A DNA stretch of 64,000 bases from Lytechinus pictus. Lineage: Eukaryota. The stretch is taken from assembly GCF_037042905.1 (NCBI RefSeq), contig NC_087245.1, positions 9,116,001-9,180,000 on the forward strand, read 5' to 3'. Below are positions 25,310 through 36,437 of this stretch, piece by piece; positions within the stretch are counted from its first letter, which is position 1; the number at the start of each line of letters is the position of its first letter. The notes beneath the pieces were generated by a model. It did not search any database. It had not been told where the DNA came from and saw nothing but the letters and a program-made list of their open reading frames with translations. The position numbers and the translations under genes are program-made.

Positions 25310-28300
25310 TTTTTTCGGCATCACCAATTTTTCCAAAGGGTAGAAAGCTCTGGGGAACCTTGATTTAAGCTACGCCTACCATTGTTCTCGTCATTCATTT
25401 CTTTACAATATATATATATATATATATATATAGTCATATCGTTATATATTTATTTATTCATACATTCATTTATTTACAGCTTGCGATTCCCTTACGACAC
25501 TGCTATAAAAAGAACACGGTGTCACACAGTGTGATCACAGTCTGTTCACATAGTGGACTATGTGATAATTTCATTCACCCTCAGGTGAAATGCTCAAATT
25601 TATATAAAAAAGTGTAAATATTTTCACACTGGACACCTCGACAGTGTGACTGTTTACAGCATGTTCACATGGTCGAATATGTGATATTATGTGTTTCACA
25701 CTATTAAAATGCTCATATTAAACAGCGTGAAGATCATTTCACATTGTGTTCGAGAGGCGTCGATCCTTGGGGGCAGGAGGGGACAATCGCCCCATCAACG
25801 AAAATATGGGGGGCAACATAGCGTTTTGCCCCTCCCCCTAATAATCCGTACAAGTGCAAAAAGAAAATAAAACTATAAAGTTACACAAAAATAGGCAAGT
25901 CAATCAAATCCATTATAAAATTAGGTTTTTACATCTATAGTACAAAACAAAATTATGATTTTCCGCGCGCTCCGCGCGGGAAATGATTCCATCTTTTATT
26001 GGAACTTTTGTTAAGGTACATTCACGCAGGAATTTCAATATATAGGCATTCTTTTTTGCCAATGAATAAACTAGAAAGTGGCAAACGCTTTTTTTATAGG
26101 CGGATCCAGGTGAGTTAGGTATACCTGGAAGTTGATTTTGAAAAACGACTTAAAATTCCCCTTTTCATGACTGCTTTATCATTAATTTCGGCTCGCGATT
26201 TGCGCTCGCATTATTAAAAAATATATCTATGTACCCATGCACCCTATTCATAATTAAAAAAGTGCTTAAAGTGTCCAGTTTTTAGGTCTTAATATCAAAA
26301 GATTTATGAGGCTTGATAGATATATAAATAAGATAATAACATATCCATGAATTCCTAATGATTACATTGTCCCTATTTTCAGAATGGGACATCAACGAAT
26401 TAATCTCGAGTTTAGGAAGAGGAATAGGAAGGTAATCATTATTTTTTTTATTATGACAAAATGTCCTTAAAATGTCCAGATCCAAGATCAAAAATGATAA
26501 TTAAAAATAATCAGAATATGAAGAAGGGAAGGAAATACAGGCAGGAAAAATTGAAATAGAAAGACGAGAAAGGATGAAATGATTAAATTAGAAGGATTCT
26601 TTTCTTGAAAGTGAGTGAAGTCCTGAAAAGGACTGTAAACCAGATGAGATGAGCTGAATATGGCTTGAGCTAGTAGCGATGGTTTGACTAGTAGCAGGAT
26701 GACAGTCAACCTGCCCGAAATGTCGAGTTACCTTTATCCTGCTACTACTAAACCTACTACTAAACAATCGCTATACTCAAGCCATATTCAGCTCATCCAT
26801 GTCATCTCATCTGATTTACAGTCCTTTTCAGGACTTCACTCACTTTCAAGAAAAGAATACTTCTAATTTCCTCTTTTCATCTTTTCTCATCTTTCCATTT
26901 AAAATTTTCTGGCTGTATTTCCTTCCCTTCTTCATTTTACACATGGTGAACCGTAAACCTTCTCCACGTTATGAAATCATAATTGTTTCATTTATTGTGT
27001 GTAAATTATATGTCTTCATTATAATGAAACAAGCTGCAGCAAGGAGTATCTAATGCACTAAATGAGTTGTCATTCTTATTTGTTAAGTTCGTGTTAGAAA
27101 AAAATTTAATATAAACCTAATTTCATATAATAAAATACAAAAGAACAAGTGGGGATATGAAATGATCGGTTTTCTCATAGAATATTCGTGAAGACATGCC
27201 TAGAACTTTTTAGAACTAAAGAGCACTAATTCTGTGCTACCACTAGCTGTATGCCCTTGCAATGCATTGCCCCAATCGTCTTTGCCATGTAAGGTGCCTA
27301 ATGATCTCGAAAAAAACACAATATGGATGGATGGCCGTTGCACTTTGTGTGTGTTTGTTTGTCAGCAGCGCATAATTTGCAATTAAAGGAGAATGAAACC
27401 CTTGAAACCAGCTGAATCCATATCAAAGAGAAAAATCAAAGAACCATGGTAACAAAATCGTTATTTGGGCCGCAATTTTTGCTAGCCTCTGATAGCGGAT
27501 GAAGTGGGTAGGGGTGTGTAGCTTGTATTTTGTATGCACTCTAAAAATATTCGTTAAAAGTGCTCCATGAGGGTAATCATGTGTCCAACCAACATTGGGC
27601 ATTTCTTTTATTTATCCAGTGTGATGAAAATTTTGCCATTCTAAAGTAATTGGTGCTTATTTTTTAACCTTACTGGACAATATGCTTCCCCAAATTGGTT
27701 GGAGACATAATCGTGTCGTGGTGGTAAAAATTTTACCCAATATTTTTTTACAGTGTGGGTGTCAGCCTGTGCGCCCAAATGTAATAGAATGAATGTAAAG
27801 GCGGTCTTCCTCTATTATATTATTTGAACTATAAGGATATTTCAATTCAATTTAAATAAACATTCAATTTCTTCAAATTTCACCAATTATCATTTTTCAA
27901 TATGAATTATACAAAATTATTTGTCATAAAAAATAGATATATAACATTTTTTTCACAAACATCTGTTAACAAACATTTTTGTTACCCACTATATACATGA
28001 ATTTAGATGTTTTTAATCTACCTGATTATCTGTTTATTTTTTTCCTTTAATTCTTCCTAAATTGATCCAGGAAGGGTCGCGCTACACGATCACAAACTGA
28101 AAATAGTGACAATGGAAAAAGTGATCTATATGATTTGATTTGTTTTTATTACTTTAGCCAAGGGGAAAATACCTCATTAATAATTGACTAAATGAAGGAC
28201 AAGATTTGTTATTTTCATTACATACTAAGATGAGTTACAAAAGACTTAGTCGAGAGGATTGTCTTTCAGAACAAAAATCTGTCTGTTTTATAATAGCCAA

Positions 28301-29546
28301 AGGGCACATAGATAATGAAGAGCGTGTCGAAGTTGTGATATCATTATGAAACATATATTTTAGCCGTTGGTCACAAATCGTAAGATTTTACGGGGGAGTG
28401 ACAACTTATAAGGCTTTAATTTACTTTCTGTCAATAGCCAAGACACTTTACTGCGTACATGTTACCGGGATAGCAGTACGTTCTATCAAGGGTCGACAGA
28501 ATGTTCAATCTCATGTAACAATACAAGCAACCGTTAATATTCGAAGGAACCTATTTCAAGACAAGTGTTACTTCAGTTTATAAGGTAAGGGTAAAATAAG
28601 AATAGGGGTCATTTCGATAGATCTATTGACCCCCCCCCCTTTATTTTTTAGTGAGTCTGATAGTTTTCGAATCATAAGCATACCATCCGGGCATATGAGT
28701 CAACGTATAGATGTAGTGCTTATGCTATATTATAGGGTAATCGTGTAACTCGACCATTCGAAAAAGGGCCCCTAATTTCCAAAAGGTGAGGTTAATGGAT
28801 ACTAAAAAAATAGCTTTTTGAATAGGTGCGCCTCGTCACAAGACTGGTGATATTTGTGAACGTTTGTGAAAGTTTCCTTTAAATGGCATGCGAATCTGAA
28901 ACCTTTAATAACCCCATTTCAAGTCCTCAACTACTTTTATCTTGGCAAGATAATTCTAAACATTCTAAACAGTATAGTCTTGTGATATTTGCCCACTTGA
29001 ATGGTAACACACTATTTTACTATACTCAGTACTTTCATACAGCAAAAACTATGTACCCAGTAGCAAAATGGGTTCATTCTTCAGGCCAGAATATACGTGT
29101 CGAGTTCAAATCACTTTTATGTCTTTTCCTAATTTCATATAAACAGCGTTTCAAAACGCCGATCGTAAACAGACAAAAAATGTGCGTTTACGATCGTTGT
29201 TTCTCCAGAATCACGGTTTCTGGGGAAATTATAATTCACTGAAAGGTAGTATTGATGATAATTTGTTTTAGTGTAATCACGTAAATTATTACGTTGAAAA
29301 GTATTTGCAGGCCGGACTTGCCATGCTCAGAAGAGGCAAACATTATGTTGATGAAGCATCAATGAAATTAGTGTAGTCGACAGGAAAAGAGGACAGCAAT
29401 ACTTATTTGAATATTATATATAATATAATATGATATATATAATGTGATGACAAGTTTACTTGTACCAAACGCTCTTGAGGTGTGAGTATGAAACATATTG
29501 TAATGAGGCCAACTCCTGCGTCATCTTTTGAGTTGGCCTCATCACA

Positions 29547-29552
<6 letters not shown>

Positions 29553-29634
<82 letters not shown>
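29553..29634. repeat. (TA)n microsatellite
   Basis: Direct observation. Confidence 0.97.
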
Positions 29635-29637
<3 letters not shown>

Positions 29638-30027
29638 GGTAGATACTCCACGTGTTTGAGTAATATTTAGAGAAACAAATTTGAAACTTTCATGCTTTAA
29701 TCCAACAAAATTTATTAAAGTCCACAAATTTTCGACGAGTACATACCGTCGATCGCCCCATCAAAGACGGTATGTACTCGTCGGAAATTTGTGGACTTCA
29801 ATAAATTTGGTTGGATTAAAGCATGAAAGTTTCAACCTTGTTTCTCTTTTATATATATATATACATATATATAAATGTGTGAAGTTATACATGTACAACA
29901 GCTTTGGCAACTCTTTTAATCTTAAATATTGTAAAGAAATGAATGAAGAGAACAATGGTAGGCGTAGCTTAAATCAAGGTTCCCCAGAGCTTTCTACCCT
30001 TTGGAAAAATTGGTGATGCCGAAAAAA

Positions 30028-30094
30028 TGTATCTGCCGGGAATCGAACCCGGGCCCCCAGCTTTGAACGCCGGTGCCTTAACCACTAGACCACA
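30028..30094 (-). pseudogene. 5'-truncated inverted TCA tRNA-like copy (unit 2)
   Basis: Same sequence as 24616-24682. Confidence 0.7.
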
Positions 30095-30243
30095 AAGCAA
30101 TGGCTTTGATCCAGCTGAGGCATGGCGGCTTGTCATTGTTCAAAACCCATCTTCACCCGACAAAGGAAATTATAATTGGTATAGTGTCAAAAATCTGTCT
30201 ATCTGACGGTCAATCGGATCGGGGTCGCCCTAGCCAATAACCC

Positions 30244-30314
30244 GTCTCTGTGGTCTAGTGGTTAAGGCACCGGCGTTCAAAGCTGGGGGCCCGGGTTCCA
30301 TTCCGGCAGAGACA
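30244..30314 (+). pseudogene. TCA tRNA-like copy with damaged T-arm (unit 2)
   Basis: Same sequence as 24832-24902. Confidence 0.7.
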
Positions 30315-31956
30315 TTTTTTCGGCATCACCAATTTTTCCAAAGGGTAGAAAGCTCTGGGGAACCTTGATTTAAGCTACGCCTACCATTGTTCTCGTCATT
30401 CATTTCTTTACAATATATATATATATATATATATAGTCATATCGTTATATATTTATTTATTCATACATTTATTTATTTACAGCTGGCGATTCCCTTACGA
30501 CCCTGCTATAAAAAGAACACGGTGTCACACAGTGTGATCACAGTCTGTTCACATAGTGGACTATGTGATAATTTCATTCACCCTCAGGTGAAATGCTCAA
30601 ATTTATATAAAAAAAGTGTCAATATTTTCACACTGGACACCTCGACAGTGTGACTGTTTACAGCATGTTCACATGGTCGAATATGTGATATTATGTGTTT
30701 CACACTATTAAAATGCTCATATTAAACAGCGTGAAGATCATTTCACATTGTGTTCGAGAGGCGTCGATCCTTGGGGGCAGGAGGGGACAATCGCCCCATC
30801 AACGAAAATATGGGGGGCAACATAGCGTTTTGCCCCTCCCCCTAATAATCCGTACAAGTGCAAAAAGAAAATAAAACTATAAAGTTACACAAAAATTGGC
30901 AAGTCAATCAAATACATTATAAAATTAGGTTTTTACATCTATATTACAAAACAAAATTATGATTTTCCGCGCGCTCCGCGCGGGAAATGATTCCATCTTT
31001 TATTGGAACTTTTGTTAAGGTACATTCACGCAGGAATTTCAATATATAGGCATTCTTTTTTGCCAATGAATAAACTAGAAAGTGGCAAACGCTTTTTTTA
31101 TAGGCGGATCCAGGTGAGTTAGGTATACCTGGAAGTTGATTTTGAAAAACGACTTAAAATTCCCCTTTTCATGACTGCTTTATCATTAATTTCGGCTCGC
31201 GATTTGCGCTCGCATTATTAAAAAATATATCTATGTACCCATGCACCCTATTCATAATTAAAAAAGTGCTTAAAGTGTCCAGTTTTTAGGTCTTAATATC
31301 AAAAGATTTATGAGGCTTGATAGATATATAAATAAGATAATAACATATCCATGAATTCCTAATGATTACATTGTCCCTATTTTCAGAATGGGACATCAAC
31401 GAATTAATCTCGAGTTTAGGAAGAGGAATAGGAAGGTAATCATTATTTTTTTTATTATGACAAAATGTCCTTAAAATGTCCAGATCCAAGATCAAAAATG
31501 ATAATTAAAAATAATCAGAATATGAAGAAGGGAAGGAAATACAGGCAGGAAAAATTGAAATAGAAAGACGAGAAAGGATGAAATGATTAAATTAGAAGGA
31601 TTCTTTTCTTGAAAGTGAGTGAAGTCCTGAAAAGGACTGTAAACCAGATGAGATGAGCTGAATATGGCTTGAGCTAGTAGCGATGGCTTGACTAGTATCA
31701 GGATGGCAGTCAACCTGCCCGAAATGTCGAGTTACCTTTATCCTGCTACTACTAAACCTACTACTAAACAATCGCTATACTCAAGCCATATTCAGCTCAT
31801 CCATGTCATCTCATCTGGTTTACAGTCCTTTTCAGGACTTCACTCACTTTCAAGAAAAGAATACTTCTAATTTCCTCTTTTCATCTTTTCTCATCTTTCC
31901 ATTTAAAATTTTCTGGCTGTATTTCCTTCCCTTCTTCATTTTACACATGGTGAACC

Positions 31957-32671
31957 CCCGGGGGGGGGGGGGGCACTCAGTATAAATGCATAGTGGGTAT
32001 GTGCCGCGGAGGGGATCCCCATTTTTACACTCAAATTTCCGTTCCAAGGCATAGCATTTTTGTCTTATTGAGAAAAAGAACAAAGAAAGCCGCTCCAAGG
32101 CATAGCATTTTCTTCTTATCGAGAAAAAAGAAGAAAGATACCCGCTCCAAAGCTTCGCATATTTTCCGCTACGCCGTTCCGGTCGCATTGATCTGCTACG
32201 ATGAGCCGTAATTTTGGTGAAAAGCGGCCGGAGAGTAGTCTGCTGGGCAAACCCTTCGCTCGAGTTAAGGGTCTGAATGTGCAGCCTACTCATGCCTTGT
32301 GTACTGAAGGCTCGGAACAGCAAGTTTTGTATGTGCTAGTCTTTGCGTGGAGGCACACTTGTTGATCAAAGTTCCAATGAGGGTCTGTGCCTGCAGACTA
32401 GCCGGAGAGCGCTGTCCGACCATCGTCTCTGCGCTGGCGCAGCCGTCGCCTGTGCGCCGTGCTAGCTGCATGCACGTATGCTCGTTCCATTGGGATGCAC
32501 ACGCAGGCGACCCGTTCCAAGGACCCCCGTTTTCACAAACATTTGTAGTTCCGAAGCCCGTTCCGAGGACCCTCCTTTTTACAATAAGCCCGCTCCAAGG
32601 CCCCCGTTTTTTGTCTCGCCCGCGGCACACCCCTACCACTTTTTTTGGTCGAGTGCCCCCCCCCCCCCGGG
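31957..32671. mobile_element. 715-bp GC-rich non-autonomous DNA transposon with 8-bp TSD, present only in unit 3
   Basis: TIR CCCG(G)nCACTC ... GAGTG(C)nGGG. GGTGAACC is duplicated at 31949-31956 and 32672-32679. The empty site CATGGTGAACCGTAAA is present in units 1 and 2. Confidence 0.9.
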
Positions 32672-35600
32672 GGTGAACCGTAAACCTTTTCCACGTTATG
32701 AAATCATAATTGTTTCATTTATTGTGTGTAAATTATATGTCTTCATTATAATGAAAAAAGCTGCAGCAAGGAATATATAATGCACTAAATCAGTTGTCAA
32801 TCTAATTTGTTAAGTTCGTGTTAGAAAAAAATTGAATATTAACCTAATTTCATATAATAAAATACAAAAGAACAAGTAGGGATATGAAATGATCGGTTTG
32901 CTCATAGAATATTCGTGAAGACATGCCTAGAACTTTTTAGAACTAAAGAGAACTAACTCTGTGCTACAACTAGCTGCATGTCCTTACAATGCATTGCCCC
33001 AATCGTCTTTGCCATGTAAGGTGCCTAATGATCTCGAAAAAAGCACAATATGGATGGATGGCCGTTGCACTTTGTGTGTGTTTGTTTGTCAGCAGCGCAT
33101 AATTTGCAATTAAAGGAGAATGAAACCCTTGAAACCAGCTGAATCCATATCAAAGAGAAAAATCAAAGAACCATGGTAACAAAATCGTTATTTGGGCCGC
33201 AATTTTTGCTAGCCTCTGATAGCGGATGAAGTGGGTAGGGGTGTGTAGCTTGTATTTTGTATGCACTCTAAAAATATTCGTTAAAAGTGCTCCATGAGGG
33301 TAATCATGTGTCCAACCAACATTGGGCATTTCTTTTATTTATCCAGTGTGATGAAAATTTTGCCATTCTAAAGTAATTGGTGCTTATTTTTTAACCTTAC
33401 TGGACAATATGCTTCCCCAAATTGGTTGGAGACATAATCGTGTCGTGGTGGTAAAAATTTTACCCAATATTTTTTTACAGTGTGGCTGTCAGCCTGTGCG
33501 CCCAAATGTAATAGAATGAATGTAAAGGCGGTCTTCCTCTATTATATTATTTGAACTATAAGGATATTTCAATTCAATTTAAATAAACATTCAATTTCTT
33601 CAAATTTCACCAATTATCATTTTTCAATATGAATTATACAAAATTATTTGTCATAAAAAATAGATATATAACATTTTTTTCACAAACATCTGTTAACAAA
33701 CATTTTTGTTACCCACTATATACATGAATTTAGATGTTTTTAATCTACCTGATTATCTGTTTATTTTTTTCCTTTAATTCTTCCTAAATTGATCCAGGAA
33801 GGGTCGCGCTACACGATCACAAACTGAAAATAGTGACAATGGAAAAAGTGATCTATATGATTTGATTTGTTTTTATTACTTTAGCCAAGGGGAAAATACC
33901 TCATTAATAATTGACTAAATGAAGGACAAGATTTGTTATTTTTCATTACATACTGAGATGAGTTACAAAAGACTTAGTCGAGAGGATTGTCTTTCAGAAC
34001 AAAAATCTGTCTGTTTTATAATAGCCAAAGGGCACATAGATAATAAAGAGCGTGTCGAAGTTGTGATATCATTATGAAACATATATTTTAGCCGTTGGTC
34101 ACAAATCGTAAGATTTTACGGGGGAGTGACAACTTATAAGGCTTTAATTTACTTTCTGTCAATAGCCAAGACACTTTACTGCGTACATGTTACCGGGATA
34201 GCAGTACGTTCTATCAAGGGTCGACAGAATGTTCAATCTCATGTAACAATACAAGCAACCGTTAATATTCGAAGGAACCTATTTCAAGACAAGTGTTACT
34301 TCAGTTTATAAGGTAAGGGTAAAATAAGAATAGGGGTCATTTCGATAGTTCTATTGACCCCCTCCCCCTTTTATTTTTTTAGTGAGTCTGATAGTTTTCG
34401 AATCATTAGCATACCATCCGGGCATATGAGTCAACGTATAGATGTAGGGCTTATGCTATATTATAGGGTAATCGCTTAACTCGACCATTCGAAAAAGGGC
34501 CCCGAATTTCCAAAAGGTGAGGTTAATGGATACTAAAAAATTAGCTTTTTGAATCAATGCGCCTCGTCACAAGACTAGTGATATTGTAAACGTTTGTGAA
34601 AGTTTTCTTTAAAATTGCATGCGAATCTGAAACCTTTAATAATCCCACTTCAAGTCCTCAACTACTTTTATGCTGGCAAGATAATTCAACATTCTAAACA
34701 GTATAGTCTTGTGATATTTACACACTATTTCACTATACTCAGTACTTTCATACAGCAAAAACTATGTACCCTGTAGCAAAATGGGTTCATTCTTCAGGCC
34801 AGAATATACGTGTCGAGTTCGAATCACTTTTATGTCTTTTCCTAATTTCATATAAACAGCGTTTGAAAACGCCGATCGTAGGCTGACAAAAAATGTGCGT
34901 ATATGATCGTTGTTTCTCCAGAATCACGGTTTCTGGGGAGATTATAATTCACTGAAAGGTTGTATTGGTGATAAATTGTTATAGTGCAATCACGTAAATT
35001 ATTATGTAGAAAAGTATTTGCAGGCCGGACTTGCCATGCTCAGAAGAGTCAAACATTATGTTGATGAAGCATCAATGAAATAAGTGTAGTTGACTTGATA
35101 GGAAAAGAGGACAGCAATACTTATTTTGAATATATATATATATATATATATACATATAGTTATATATATATGTTTTTTTTCTCCAAAACCGTGTACAAAA
35201 ACTTAAAAATGACCATATGATTGTGATTTTTAGCATGGTCAGCCCCCCCCCCCCCCACTTTTGGCTCAGCCCCACCACTTTGAAAACCGTTCCGCGGCCC
35301 CTGCTTACGACCCTGCTGGAAAGATCACAGTGTCACACACTGTGATCACAGTCTGTTCACATAGTGGACTATGTGGAAATTTCATACACACTGGTGAAAT
35401 GCTCAAATTGAAAAATGCGTAGATATTTTCACACTGGACACCTCGACAGTGTGACTTTTCACAGCATCTTCACATGGTCGAATATGTGATATTATGTGAT
35501 TCACACTATAAAAATGCTCATAATTATTACACAGCATGAAGATCATTTCACATTGTGTTCGAGAGGCGTCGATCCTGGGGGGCAGGGGGCGATCGCCCCA

Positions 35601-36437
35601 CCAACGAAAATATGGGGGGCAACATAGCGTTTTGCCCCTCCCCCTAATAATTCCGTATAAGTGCAAAAAGAAAATAAAACTATAAAGTTACACAAAAATG
35701 GACAAGTCAATCAAATACATTATAACATTTGTTTTTTACATTTATAGTACAAAACAAAATTGTGATTTTCCGCGCGCTCCGCGCGCTCCGCGCGGGAAAT
35801 GATTCCATCTATCATTGGAACATTTGTTAAGGTACATTCACGCAGGAATTTCAATATATAGGTATTCTTTTTTTCCAATGAACAAACTAGAAAGTGGCAA
35901 ACGCTTTTTTATAGGCGGATCCAGGTGAGTTATGTATACCTCGAAGTTGATTTTGAAAAACGACTTAAAATTCCCCTTTTCATGACAGCTTTATCATTAA
36001 TTTCGGCTCGCGATTTGCGCTCGCATTATTAAAAAAATACATCTACCCATGCACCCTATTCATAATTGAAAAAGTGCTTAAAGTGTCCAGTTTTTAGGTC
36101 TTAATATCAAAAGATTTCGCGCTCTCATGAGGTTTGTTAGATATATAAATAAGATAATAACATATCCATGAATTCCTAATAATTACATTTGGGACCGAGC
36201 CATTGATTAATTCATAACATTACATAACAAATATATTCATACTGATACCAATAAAAAAAATATCACAGCCACCTCAATTATTCAAATGCTATAGCTCAAT
36301 TTGGATCATGGATTACTCATGTAGAGTATTTTGAATTTGTCACGTATTCTCCTTTTAAAGATCCTTTTTACATTAATGTTAAATATTTTGAGACCAGTAT
36401 TCCGAACACTTGTTTCCTTTTGTTTTCATTTATAGAA

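Larger units (their letters stand above)
21686..36189. repeat. Tandem segmental triplication: unit 1 21686-26514, unit 2 26515-31518, unit 3 31519-~36189
   Basis: Long near-identical stretches; for example, the same 61-aa spurious ORF occurs at 23568, 28398 and 34126. Both junctions read ..AATAATCAG|AATATGAAGAAGGG. Confidence 0.97.

Noticed and set aside
31850..32780. Cluster of 70-157-aa ORFs (possible transposase or gene)
   Set aside because: They arise from the GC-rich non-autonomous insert; no transposase motifs are recognisable.
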